Assembly: GCA_012295275.1 (NCBI GenBank)
Contig: CM022677.1
Span: 28,215,299-28,279,298, forward strand
From: Chrysomallon squamiferum
Lineage: Eukaryota; Animalia; Mollusca
DNA length: 64,000 nucleotides
Direction of reading: 5' to 3'
The notes under the pieces were generated by a model, which ran no database searches, was not told where the DNA came from, and saw only the letters and a list, made by a program, of their open reading frames with translations. Position numbers and translations under genes: made by a program. Of this stretch, positions 14,858-29,600 are shown piece after piece. Positions within the stretch are counted from its first letter, which is position 1; each line of letters begins with the position of its first letter.

Positions 14858-17800
14858 TGCTCTGACCAGATTTTTTTTTTAATATATTTAATTTATTTAG
14901 ATCACATGGAACATTTGAAGAAACAATAATAATAAATATATATATTATATGTTTTTATATTTGCGATGTTCTTCCAGACGACAGATTCGCGTATTTGACA
15001 TAAAATAACACTGAAGTTAATTTGTTTTGCGGAATTATTTAATTCAAAGTCATCTGACTGGAGTTAAGATGTAGTTTTGCAAGTAGATATAAATATGGAT
15101 AGATAAAGATTTTAAGGAACTACTATTTTGTTCAGGCCAGGTCCGTTTTTCATGAAGGTTTTGTTGTTGTTGTTGTTGTTTTTTATGATGGGGGTAGGTT
15201 GTTTTGGTGGTATTTTGGGGGATCAATCAATTTTTGGGAACTCATCTGTAATTCCAAAAAAAAAAATAATGAAAGCAAAATTAACAAACGTGTGGATCAT
15301 GAAAAGATCAGTTGTAATTGTATTTTAATCGTGAAAAGTAATTATTATTTTCATTTTAAAATTGTCTTGATGATTATACAGAAATAACATAAATGTATTT
15401 TCAACGCGAAAACGAGGCGAATTCAGAATAGCCTGAAAGTATGTTACTGAGTGTTATATTAAAAAAAAATAAAAAAAAAATAAATACATTTTTTTTTTTT
15501 TTTTTTTTAACTTCCAAACAAATAACGATTCACATAGTGAGACGATGTGGACAGGGGATATTTCACCAACAATTCAAGACAGACAGAAGTAGAAAAAAAA
15601 ATAATAATAATAATAATAATAATAAAAGAAAGAAAGAAAAATAAATAAATAAATTAGAGCTGGGAAGCACTCCATGAAAATAATCTCGTGCAAGTCCAAA
15701 ATGTATGTGGGCTGATAATGTTCAACTTTTGCAAGCTGTAATAAAATATAATTGTGAATATTTCTCTTTTCAGCGTCTAGATACAGACCAACTTTATCAG
15801 GTAAACTGTTATTTATTTATTTTTTTTACTTATTTATTTTTTTCTAAATTATGTTTACATTGAAAATATGAATAAAATATATAAATGTTTGCCAGAAACG
15901 TTTTTCTTTTTTTTTTTTGTTTGTTCAGTTTTAAGCAATTAAAATTAATCATTTCTATTGAAAAGCTAATAAAATAATACCATACTGAATTAATAATTTG
16001 TTTATTATTATTACAGACATGTTGAATGTGGTATACACAGAATGTGACAGTACAGCTGTACTTTTCTGTGTAATGCTCTTGGAATCTTCAGCAGCAGACG
16101 TAAGTGAACAATGCAGGTATCTTTCTCTTTCTTTCATCATTGCTATTTGTTTATTATTATTATGATGATGTTGTACAAATGAATTTGATAATGGACATCT
16201 TTTTCTCAAGAACTGTCTTATATTATTTCTTCCGGGTATTTTTTGTTTTCCTTATTTGTTTTTTCTTCTTTTGTTTTCTTTATAAATATATGAATTTATT
16301 ATTTATTTTAATTTTTTTTATTATATATCTCATTGGTTCATTTCATATTATGTTTTTATTTTTATTTTATATGTTTATTTTTCTAATCTATAATATTTAT
16401 TTGTTTATTTTTTGTTTATTAATTATAATTACAGAGCAGGAGAAATATATTCACGATGTATTAGAAAAACAAACTGTACAGAAGATCCTCGAATGAAAGC
16501 TTTAATTAGCACAGTTAACAGAAGAGTGGAAACATTCAGTTGTGGTGAGTGCATTAACTGAGAGAATAAATAAACAGAAGAATAAATTAACAATAGCCAG
16601 AAAGGTTTAATTATAAAAGTATTAGGTTAACTATAATTCTATAATGTTGGATTGATCAGTTAAAGACAGTGAAATTAAAAATATGGTTAAAAAAGCAGGA
16701 ATCAAATAAAGAAAAATAAACTTAGAAAATCAGTGAAAACAGTTAGAACATGGAAGCGTTCAATACAAAACATCATTTTATATTTAAAAAAAGAAGGAAA
16801 ATCAATAAGATCATTTTACTAATATATGTTTTGCTCGTATATTTGTTAATTCCATTAAAAAAGAATGAATGAAAGAAAGACTTCTGTTATGAAGTGATAA
16901 AATTAGAATAATATTAAGTAGCTATTATTACTGTTGATGAAAACATTAAATTAAATAATCTGGAGGTAACAAAAACCAAGAACACTTCATTAGATAATTT
17001 ATTTATATTATAACAAATTCATTTTAAATATTTTACTACTGATTTGACTGTGTTAATATTATTGTTATCTGTTTTGTTATACTAATTAATTAATATTATT
17101 TATTAAAGATTTAACTGTTTTAATATTATTATTATCTGTTTTGTCATACTAATTAATTAATATTATTTATTAAAGGTTTAACTGTTAATATTATTATTAT
17201 CTGTTTTGTTATTCTAATTAATAAATATTATTTGTTAAAGATTTAACTGTTTTAATATTATTATTATCTGTTTTGTTATACAAATTAATTAATATTATTT
17301 GTTAAAGGTTTAACTGTGTTAATATTATTATTATCTGTTTTGTTACACTAATTAATTAATAATATTTGTTAAAGGTTTAACTGTGTTAATATGATTATTA
17401 TCTGTTTTGTTATACTAATTAATTAATATTATTTATTAAAGGTTTTCATTTTTCTGAGTACACAGTGTGTAACAGAACTGGTCTTGGTTATTGTAAACTG
17501 AATTTTGAAACAGCTGTTGAAACTACAGTCACCAACAAGAGTAAAGTAGACAAAAATCAGATTTGCAGGTAAGTTTTCCAACTTTCAAAACAGAATTCCA
17601 CACATTCCAGTCCATGAACCCTCTGAAACGGTTGTACAAGAATAATAGAGAAAGAAAAATTGCTTCCTTGAACACTGTTTTAACCTGTAAAACTTCACAT
17701 CAGAATAATGCTCTTTGCATATGTAATTTTAACCTATACAATTAAACTAGAACACATCACATCAGAATAATGCTCTTTGCATATGTAATTTTAACCTGTA

Positions 17801-20800
17801 ACAGTTAAATTAGAAAACTTCACATCTGAATGATTTGATTAATGATGTTGAAAATGCAGTGGAGATGGATATAATGATGACAATTCTTACATCAGTTTAT
17901 TTCATTTTTTTCATTTTGTAAAGAATACATGCATATAATTTTCAATTATTTATTTTTGGATTCTTACAACTTTCTATACTTTTGATAGACATGGTGACAA
18001 ATTCTTCAAGTGTGTTCAGACTGCAGGATGTATGGAGGTGTATAAGACTGACATGGACAAACTACATAATGGACTCAGATTAGCAGGATGTGGTGAGTTG
18101 CCTTCCATTTAACAGATTATCTTGAAATATATTTTAAAAACATTCTGTACTTGGAATCTAAAGTAAAAGTAAAATTGAAAATGATGGTTAGATGATTTGA
18201 TTTGTTGGAAAAACTATTTTTATCTTTATTAACGTCTTCATGATTCTTTTTCTTGTTACAACATATATTTCTTTCGGTTATTTACTAAACTGTGTCTACT
18301 TTGATTCTTATTTACTTAAATATTTTGAATGCTTAATTAGTTCAGTATTAGCAAAAAATCAAAAAAGAAAGAAAATAATTTAATCTAAAAACATTATCCC
18401 ATGAACTTGTTTGCTTCTGTCTTGACGAACATCACACAAGAAACTACCTGCCTGTCCCCACAGAAGAGTTGTAGATGTTCTGTGTAGACACTTCAGCCGC
18501 GCCACATGAAATACAATTACTTAAACATTTACCCAGCTCTTCTCTCTTGCTTCTTCTAAGTATTTTTAATAAAATCAAGTTTCTGATGACTTTTCTTGTG
18601 ATTGGAGGAAAGCAATGGTCTTTCCTATTCTGAATAAATTTTAGCAATGGGCAACTACAGAGGTTTTCAATTCTTAAAGACAAAAACAGTTTGATGCATA
18701 GAAAAGAGTTATTTCTGGACAACAGTATAATTCCTGTTGTGAAGGGAACCAAATTTCGGGATTTGCAAAACTTTATCTGCAGTTTGCTGCTAAAGTAAAA
18801 TCATTGCCAAAATATCCAGCATACGATATGGTATTTGACAACAAATATGTGTGGTTGTTTGATGCAAGGCCAAATGCCATTCAAACATTTGGTATTTTAT
18901 CTGCTTCCGCCATTGATTTTTCATATTTTGGAAAGACCTACATGTTTTATTATTCCACCATGGTGCATTAAACCATCAGAAGAAATTGCACAAACCATAG
19001 CATTTAATCATCAGTTTTTCATGGAAATCAATGAAAAACACTGTGATCCCTGTTTATAAGGATGCATTGCAGGATAGGTATTCTCTAGCTTCTGCTGCTT
19101 TTATTCATCAGACATAACTTTTTTCCGTGATTTTTTTTCACTGCTGAAATTCAGGCAATTGTTAAAGCCTGGAAGAAGTTAAACATTCCACATTCAAATA
19201 TATTATGTTCACATATTCACTTTCGAGCATTCCTTATTTGAGATCTGATATGAAAGTGTATCTTTTTGTCTAATGCCAGTAAAGACATTGTTTTTTGTTC
19301 ATATCATCATATTTATTTGATTTATATATTTATCCTGAAGAAATCATTGTGTGGACACTGTCACTTTCAGATTTGGAAATAATCATTTAAATTCCATCCT
19401 GAACTTGTTTTACAGAGTTACAGAATTTTAATTTATATATATAAAGTAATTTTGTTACAGTTACCTTTCTTGACACCCAGTATGATTTTTAGTGCTGGGG
19501 TGTTCTTAAGCATTACTTCATTCATCTAACAAGATTTTTCAGCTGCTTTGCATTTTTATTGCTGCTTACATTAACATGAGTAAACTGACTACAAAATGTT
19601 ATTCATTATTATTGTGATTAACAGAATTATTGTTGTTGTTGTTGTTGTTCTTTTTAATGTGTCTTGTAATCGTTGGTGCTGCTGTTGTTGAAGATATCAC
19701 TGTTCAGTATTCCAACTGTAACATTTCATCTCTGAGAACGTGTAAAATGTTATTCGATAACAAAGTTCTGCTCTCAGCAAATACTCTGTGCAGGTTCGTA
19801 TTTTGTTATATGTATTATGTTCAGTATTATGTTCAGTATTATGTTCAGTATAGTATAGCAACATAATAAAGTTAAGATTTATGGGTGTAGTAATTCAGTA
19901 TAGATTAATGCAATATAGTATTGGTATAAAATAATATGCTACAGGAATAAAAAGCAAAGCTGTGTAAATTTATATTAAAATAAAATAATAATAAATGTTA
20001 ATCTTTAGTATAATGTACTATAGTATGTTATAGTGTTACTGATGTATTCTATACCTCAGTGTACCACAGTATAATATATTATAGTACGCCATAGTGTCCT
20101 GTAGTACATTGTACCTCAGTATATGATATATAATGTATTATAGTATGTTTTAGTGTCCTGTAGTACATTGTACCTCAGTATACCACAGTATTATGTATTA
20201 TAGTACGTCATAGTATCCTGTAGTACATTGTACCTCAGTATACCACAGTATTATGTATTATAGTACGTCATAGTATCCTGTAGTACATTGTACCTCAGTA
20301 TACCACAGTATTATGTATTATAGTACGTCATAGTATCCTGTTGTACATTGTACCTCAGTATACCACTGTTGTTATATTAAATTCAAACGATAATAATGAA
20401 TATTATAACTTAATAGAGTCACATTATTATCTAGTGAGAAGAAGAAGAGAAATAAACATGGCAGTATGAAAAACTTATAAGATGACAGCTGTAATTATAA
20501 TTTGAGCTTGTCCAGTCCTTACTGCAGCCTCGGTTTTGTTAAGCAGGTATAGATTACATTTTTAAAATACGTTTCACTGCTAACATTTATTTTTTATGTC
20601 AGAGAGGCTCCAGAATTCTTCAAGTGCATAAAACACACTGGTTGTACAGACCACACAGTTTCAAATACTGTCAGTCAGTTGTACAATCAATCTCACTGTT
20701 GTAAGTACATACATACATTCATACATTCATACATACATACATACATACTACATACATGTATATATGTTGTCTCGTGGTTGAACGGTAACATCGTCAGTTT

Positions 20801-22686
20801 TCTGAGTGCGGGTGATTGGCTGCCATTTGTTCGAGTCTCGTTAGCGGCATCTAACGTGTTTGTGACGTCGTGACTGGACTTTGTCCTCCTGTGCCAGCGC
20901 GTTATCGAATAATGTCTATGTGCAGAGTCTATTCAGACATACATAAGACAGAAAATATTCAAAATTCTAAACTTCATATATATATATATATATATATATA
21001 AAACTAATCTATATCTAAATCTTTATGTATAGTCAGTCACACACATGTACACACACACACACACACACACACACTGATATACGCACAGCTAACATTACAT
21101 GTAACATTACAACCTGCCATTTCTCACAGTGTGTGTGTGTGAGTTGTGTTATGTGTGTGAATTGTCTGTGTGTGAGTTGTGTGTTATGTGTGTGTGTGTG
21201 AGTTGTGTGTTATGTGTGTGTGTGTGTGAGTTGTGTGTTATGTGTGTGAATTGTGTGTGTGAGTTGTGTGTTATGATACAACACAATAACAGGTTAAGAG
21301 TTAAAAATAATTCATTTATTTAAACAAATAGCATTAATTACTTAATTTATTGTTAGATATGAAGTCGCTTCCCGTGTCTTGGTGCAGTGAGACAGCATTT
21401 ACTCAGTGTCAGAACGAATCACCTGCTGCTGCTGCTGCTGCTGTTGATACTGTGCAAGCAGATAATGCCACAAACGTAACAGAAATGTGTGTGTAAGTAG
21501 TTTAATGTAGTAACATGATTTCATATGTAATAAATGAATTGAAACCACCGTTAATGTAACGTGATTCCACACTTTTAGTACTTGCACCTAAACCAACGTT
21601 AATGTAACGTGATTCCACACTTTTAGTACCTGCACCTAAACCAACGCTAATGTAACGTGATTCCACACTTTTAGTACCTGCACCTAAACCAACGCTAATG
21701 TAACGTGATTTCCACTAAACCAACGTTAATGTAACGTGATTCCACACTTTTAGTATCTACACCTAAACCAACGCTAATGTAACGTGATTCCACACTTTTA
21801 GTACCTGCACCTAAACCAACGTTAATGTAACGTGATTCCACACTTTTAGTACCTTGCACCTAAACCAACGTTAATGTAACGTGATTCCACACTTTTAGTA
21901 CTTGCACCTAAACCAACGCTAATGTAACGTGATTCCACACTTTTAGTATGTGCTCTGAAATAATAGGTTAATTAAATGTGAATTCACAGATGTATTATTT
22001 AATGAAAAATCACTTTTAAAACTTTTAATAAGCTTTGAAAGATACATTTTTATTACATAAAATTAAACGTGTTTTTCTGAATGATGGCTGATGTTTATAA
22101 AGAAGTACATGCTAATTTTGTACAGTGATATAAAGACATACATTCAGTGTCTACATCGTTCAGGCTGCCACTATGATAAACGTGTTGAGAATATAACTAA
22201 CAGTTTGAAACCAGTCATCAGTCACTTGGGATGTGGTGAGTTTAATATTTATAATATTCAAAACACTCATTCTATGAGAATATCTGTTAACAATGTTTAC
22301 AGTGTTTTTATGTTTATTATTTGTGTGTGTATACTTCATGGTGCCTTGCAAGTATTTAAATGTCTCGTTATGCATTTTAAGTTTTGTATTTCTGTTTGTG
22401 TGTGTGTGAGTGAAGTTTTTCTTCTGTGTGTACATATCTATGATTGTGTTTGCATATGTGTGTGTATCTGTTTCTGTTTCTGCATGTGTGTGTGTCTGTT
22501 TCTGTTTCTGTTTCTGTTTCTGTGTGTGTGTGTGTGTCTGTTTCTGTTTCTGCATGTGTGTGTGTGTGTGTGTATGTCTGTTTCTGCATGGGTGTATCAA
22601 ATGTGTGTGTGATTGTGTGTGTGTGTGTGTTCCTGTTTCTGTTTCTGCATGTGTGTGTGTGTCTGTTTCTGCATGGGTGTATCAAA

Positions 22687-22718
<32 letters not shown>

Positions 22719-24327
22719 CCTGTTTCTGTGAGGGTCTACAAAGAAGATAAATAAATAAATAATAGTCACATATTATAGCCATATTGTGAGATATTTTAAA
22801 AATGTTTTTGATTGTGAGATTATTTCAACTAATAATATTTATTTATTTGTTGTAGATTCAAACAATCTTACCTTTTCTTGGTGTAATCAGACAGCAAGGA
22901 AGCAGTGTCAACACAGAGATCTGGATAATCTTAAAGATTCAGATGATGTTGCTATGAGAAATCCAGCAGAAATGTGTCTGTAAGTACCTTCACACCTTAT
23001 TTTCTCTTCATGCTGTTTAACTATAAGCTGTAGAAGTTGTATTTCTTCTGATATCATTTTAACAAATCAGGGCTCTATGACAGTCAGTGTGGGTTTCCTC
23101 TCTCTCTGTGTGCTGCCAGCTACTCGTCTGTCAAGAAACTCACACAAACTCCTAGAAACACATCCACATCAACACACAGGCACACAACACACACACACAC
23201 ACAACACACACACATCCACATCAACACACAGGCACACAACACACACACACACAACACACACACATCCACATCAACACACATGCACACAACACACACACAC
23301 ACACGCACGCACCCACCCACCACACACACATAAAGATGGATGTTTATGTGAGATGTCCAGATGATTAGTCTGCAGATATATTATTTGCATACTTCAGGTT
23401 CTCATAATTATACAAACACAAACAGTTGTATCATTTTCTTAGTGTGTGAAAAGTCAGCAATATGATTTTGTATGTACAGCAGCAAGCTTAAGACAGATTT
23501 TGTTTGTCTATTTTTCTGAAAAAGAGAATTATGTTACCATAAAAACAAAAACGTCTGCATAGTGATAGGTGCTTACCTTCCTCATCTGCATATATATATA
23601 TATATATATATATATTTCTTTTTTTTTTGCAGAAATTTAGAAACATTCTTTCGGTGTGTACACCATGCAGGCTGCTTCATTGACATGCATGCTGAGAATA
23701 AAAGCAATCTGTTGATTACCAGAGTCTTTGAATGTGGTGAGTTCATAGAGTTGATGATACAAAGAAATATATTGTGCTTACTTTAAATTTATGTGTTCCT
23801 TTCTCTTTTGAAGAACAAACACTAGAGTTGAACCTTTGAATTCAAGCACATTCACAAACATGTTCCTTGAATGCCAGGATCCTGCTAATATTAGCATCTG
23901 ATCTGAGGAACTAATGAGTTTGATGAAAACAAGAAATAAAAATATTAACATCTGTGTTTTTGTTTAAAATTTTACCTGCCTGGGTCCTAAGATTGCAGAT
24001 ATATATAGGTGAATTTATGGTAATGCTTCATGCTAACAGAAAAATACAGTGAGGCGTTAATATTAGCTGCATTCAAATATCTTGTGATACTTTGTGATAT
24101 CAGAATGATAGTTAAAATAAAATAAAAATATAAAATAAACTAAATATTAATAACACTGTTATGATAATGGATTCCCAGTATGTTGATTATCGCACATATT
24201 ATTGATGTTGTTGACTAGGACAACTCCAGTGTGATATAACTGAAGCAGCAGAGTGCTGGTCTCATTACACAGATCAACTGAATGCTGCAACCACACCAGC
24301 TGAGTCATGCAAGTAAGTGTGTGTGTC

Positions 24328-24369
<42 letters not shown>

Positions 24370-24545
24370 TGTTGTGTATATATATATATATATTTATGTT
24401 TATGTATATTTATACATATTTATATATATTTATTTATAAGCAGTATGCACACAGACACACTGAATGAATTGCATACATTTGTATGAAGTGTTAGAATCTC
24501 TTTTATTTATATATTTTTATTCCTGCTTGGTTGGATGATGAGTGG

Positions 24546-24587
<42 letters not shown>

Positions 24588-25161
24588 GTATGTATGTGTG
24601 TGTGTATGTGGGTATGTGTGTGTGTGTGGGGGGTATGCGTGTCTGTGTGTGGGTGTCTGTGTGTCTGTGTGTGTGTGGGTGGGTGTCTGTGTGTGTGTGT
24701 CTGTGTGTGTGTGGTGTGTCTATGTGAGTGTGTCTGTATGTGTGCCTGGGTGGGTGGGTGTCTATGTGAGGTGTCTGTATGTGTGTGTGTGTGTGTGTCT
24801 GTGTGTGTGTGTGTGTGTGGGTGTCTATGTGTGTGTCTGTGTGTGTAGGTATGTGTGTGTGTGTGTGTGTGTGTGTGTCTGTGTGTATGTGTGTGTGTGG
24901 GTGTCTATGTGTGTGTGTGTCTGTGTGTGTGTGTAGGTATGTGTGTGTGTCTGTCTGTGTATGTGTCTGTGTGTGTGTGTCTGTGTGTGTGGGTGTCTGT
25001 GTGTGTGGGTGTGTCTGTGTGTGTGTGGGTGGGTGTCTGTGTGTAAGTGTGTGTGTGTGTGTGTGTGTGGGGTGTCTGTGTGGGTGGGTGTCTGTGGGTG
25101 TCTATATGTGTGTCTGTGTGTGTGTGTGTGTGTGGGTGTCTGTATGTGTGTCTGTGTGTGG

Positions 25162-25225
<64 letters not shown>

Positions 25226-26522
25226 CTGTGTGTCTGTGTGTCTCTGTGTGGGTGTCTGTGTGTGGGGGTTGTCTGTGTGTGTGTCTGTGTGTGTGTGGGT
25301 GGGTGGTTGTCTGTGTGAGTGTCTGTATGTGGGTGGATGTATGTGTGTGTGTGTCTGTGTGTCTCTGTATGGGTGTCTGTGTGCGTGTCTGTGTGTTGGC
25401 GTCTGTGTGTGTGTTTTGTGTGTCTGTGTGTCTCTGTGTGTGTGTGTGTGTGTCTGTGTATGTGTCTGTGTGTCTATGTGTGTGTGTGTGTGTCTGTGTT
25501 ACTGTGTGTGTATGTGTGTGTATATATATGTGTGTCTGTGTATGTGTGTGTGTGGGTGTCTGTGTGTGTGTCTGTGTGGGTGTCTGTGTGTATGTGTGTG
25601 TGTGGGTGGGTGTATGTGTGTGTGTGTGGGTGTGTGGGTGTATATGTGTGTGTGGTGGGGGGGTGTGTGTGTGGGTGGGTGGGTGGGTGGGTGGGTGTAT
25701 GTGTGTCTGTGTGTCTGTGTGTATGTGTGTGTGGGTGTCTGTATGTGTGTCTGTGTGTGGGTGTCTGTGTGTATGTGTGTGTGTGTGTGGGTGGGTGTAT
25801 GTGTGTGTGGGTGGGTGGGTGTGTGTGTGTGTGGGTGGGTGTATGTGTGTGGGTGGGTGGGTGGGTGGATGTATGTGTGTCTGTGTGTTTTGTGGGGGTG
25901 TCTGTGTTGTGTGGGGGTGTCTGTATGTGTGTGTGTGTGTCTGTGTGTTTATGTGTTTGTATCTGTGTGTGTGTGTGTGTTGGAGTCAGTTTAGGTGTTT
26001 TGGGGTGATTCTTTATTACTTTTTATTGTTATTGTGTGTTGTTATTTTTGGTTATATAAATATTTGTTACTCCTTCGTAACTACTGAATTAACTGGACTA
26101 TTAATAAAATGTTAGACAAATTTCTAAATTGATTTTTATTAGGCTAGACAACTTCGTAGATGAAAATATCTATGAAAAATATAAAATAGCAGAAACAAAT
26201 TATTATCGTTTTTCAGATGTAGCAGAAAATTCCTTAAATGCACAAAGATTTCTGGTTGTAGTAATGTTCCACATTTTCAGCAAAAAGTTAATCAAATTAA
26301 AGATGTGTTAAAAAAGAATTGCAGTAAGTATCTTTCAAGTGAAACTTCAAAAATTAAAAGTATTGATTTTAACTAGAATTACAGTAATTTCCTATTTAAA
26401 AAAATGTCACACACACATGACAACTGATATAAATAATCCAAGTATGATAATTTCTGTCTACATATTTTACACAGCTTTTGGTTTTTACTGACTGCTCATT
26501 AACATGATCCTTATTATTATGT

Positions 26523-26605
<83 letters not shown>

Positions 26606-26636
26606 GTTACTATTATTGTTATTATTATTGTTATTG

Positions 26637-26673
<37 letters not shown>

Positions 26674-29600
26674 GCTCTTTGTTATTTCCTTTGATTATTT
26701 AATTTACTTAAATGATATGAGTGAAATTACTTTAAAAGTATTTTTTATTATTGTTATTGTTGTTATTTTTATATTCATAGTCATCATCATCATACTTTAC
26801 CTATTTTATCATTTAGAATATTCTTAAATTAGTTTTGTTATTGTTACTGTTGTTGTTATTTTTATACTGAGTGTCATCATCATCATACTTTACCTAGTTT
26901 ATCATTTAGAATATTCTTTAATTAGTTTTGTTACTGTTACTGTTGTTGTTGTTGTTATTTTTATACTGAGTGTCATCATCATCATAGTTTACCTATTTTA
27001 TCATTTAGAATATTATTTAATTAGTTTTGTTACTGTTACTGTTGTTGTTGTTGTTATTTTTATACTCATTGTCATCATCATCATACTTTACCTATTTTAT
27101 CGTTTAGAATATTATTTAATTAGTTTTGTTACTGTTACTGTTGTTGTTGTTGTTATTTTTATACTCATTGTCATCATCATCATACTTTACCTATTTTATC
27201 GTTATTCTTTAATTAGTTTTGTTACTGTTGTTGTAGATCTGACTGACAGAGAGGACATGAAATGTAACAGAACACTACTTGATTCATGTCATACACAACT
27301 AAAAACAAACCTTGATGCTCCTGGGACTGCTAGTCACAAATGCAGGTCAGTGTTAATAATAACAACAACAACATAGAAAACTAATGATGATAATAATGAT
27401 TATAATGATAATAACGATAATAATAATGTTGATGAGGATAATAATAATAATGAAAATAATAATAATGATGATGATAATAATAACGATAATAATTATCATA
27501 ATAATAATACTGATTATGATAACTATAATAATAACATAATAATGATAATGATACTAAAAAGAATAATAATTATTATTATAATAATAATAATGATAATGAT
27601 AATAATAATAATGATAATAATGATAATAATTATAACGATACTTATAATAATAATGATAATGATAATAATAATCATAATAATATATTGGATGATGACACTG
27701 ATGATTAATATGATGATGCATAACAAGAATAGTAACTGTAGGAGTTATGTTAATGACTGAAGTAAAACAAATACACTTGCAATAAAAATAGTGACTTAGT
27801 CGTTATGTTAATGACTGTAGTTAAACAACTGCAGTAAGAGTGAAAATAGTTATGTTAATGACTGTAGTTAAACAACTGCAGTAAGAGTGAAAATAGTTAT
27901 GTTAATGACTGTAGTTAAACAACTGCAGTAAGAGTGAAATTAGTTATGTTAATGACTGTAGTTAAACAACTGCAGTAAAAGTGAAAATAGTTATGTTAAT
28001 GACTGTAGTTAAACAACTGCAGTTAGAGTGAAAATAGTTATGTTAATGACTGTAGTTAAACAACTGCAGTAAGAGTGAAAATAGTTATGTTAATGACTGT
28101 AGTTAAACAACTGCAGTAAGAGTGAAAATAGTTATGTTAATGACTGTAGTTAAACAACTGCAGTAAGAGTGAAAATAGTTATGTTAATGAATGTAGTTAA
28201 ACAACTGCAGTAAGAGTGAAAATAGACTTCTAATAAAAATAGCTGAGTGTTGTAGTAACATTAGAGTTAGCCAGGGTCAGTATGACGAGTTAAGACATAT
28301 TTTCACCTAATTCATTGATTAGACTTCCTGTATGTCACTGAGTCCTCTATCATTTTGTTCAGCTGTAAACTCTTTCTTCAAGAGTCTCCTTTCTACATGT
28401 CATTGAGTCCTGTATTATTTTCTAGAGCTGTAATTCTTCAAGTGTCTTCTTTCTACACGTTATTGAGTCCTGTATCATTTTCTAGAGCTGTAATTCTTCA
28501 AGTGTCTTCTTTCTACACGTTATTGAGTCCTGCATCATTTTCTAGAGCTGTAATTCTTCAAGTGTCCTCTTCCTGCATGTCACTCAGTCCTGTATCATTT
28601 TCAAGAGCTGTAATTCTTCAAGTGTCTTCTTCCTGCATGTCACTGAGTCCTGTATCATTTTCAAGAGCTGTAATTCTTCAAGTGTCTTCTTCCTGCATGT
28701 CACTGAGTCCTGTATCATTTTCAAGAGCTGTAATTCTTCAAGTGTCTTCTTCCTGCATGTCACTGAGTCCTGTATCATTTTCAAGAGCTGTAATTCTTCA
28801 AGTGTCTTCTTCCTGCATGTCACTGAGTCCTGTATCATTTTCAAGAGCTGTAATTCTTCAAGTGTCTTCTTCCTGCATGTCACTGAGTCCTGTATCATTT
28901 TCAAGAGCTGTAATTCTTCAAGTGTCTTCTTCCTGCATGTCACTGAGTCCTGTATCATTTTCAAGAGCTGTAATTCTTCAAGTGTCTTCTTCCTGCATGT
29001 CACTGAGTCCTGTATCATTTTCAAGAGCTGTAATTCTTCAAGTGTCTTCTTCCTGCATGTCATTGAGTCCTGTATCATTTTGTAGAGCTGTAAACTCTTT
29101 CTTCAAGTGTCTTCTTCCTGCATGTCATTGAGTCCTGTATCATTTTCAAGAGCTGTAATTCTTCAAGTGTCTTCTTCCTACATGTCACAGAGTCCTGTAT
29201 CATTTTCAAGAGCTGTAATTCTTCAAGTGTTTTCTTTCTACATGTCATTGAGTCCTGTATCATTTTCAAGAGCTGTAATTCTTCAAGTGTCTTCTCCCTG
29301 CATGTCACTGAGTCCTGTATTATTTTGTAGAGCTGTAAACTCTTTCTTTAAGTGTCTTCTTTCTACATGTCATTGAGTCCTGTATCATTTTGCAGAGCTG
29401 TAATTCTTCAAGTGTCTTCTTTCTGCATGACATTGAGTCCTGTATCATTTTGTAGAGCTGTAAACTCTTTCTTCAAGTGTCTTCTTCCTGCATGTCATTG
29501 AGTCCTGTATCATTTTCAAGAGCTGTAATTCTTCAAGTGTCTTCTTCCTGCATGTCACTGAGTCCTGTATCATTTTCAAGAGCTGTAATTCTTCAAGTGT

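Noticed and set aside
18444-18752. 102-aa minus-strand ORF
   Set aside because: Antisense to the decayed LINE; no recognisable motif.
19630-19693. Signal-peptide-like stretch before exon 19694, suggesting a separate gene start
   Set aside because: It derives from a (TTG)n tract at the intron end; the upstream exon has a good phase-matched donor and no stop.
20766-20850. Functional tRNA gene
   Set aside because: The acceptor and anticodon stems do not pair cleanly; better explained as a SINE head.
24535-26115. Long VCVC ORFs up to 390 aa (also at 2.9-3.5, 5.6-7.1 and 11.1-11.9 kb)
   Set aside because: Microsatellite translations.
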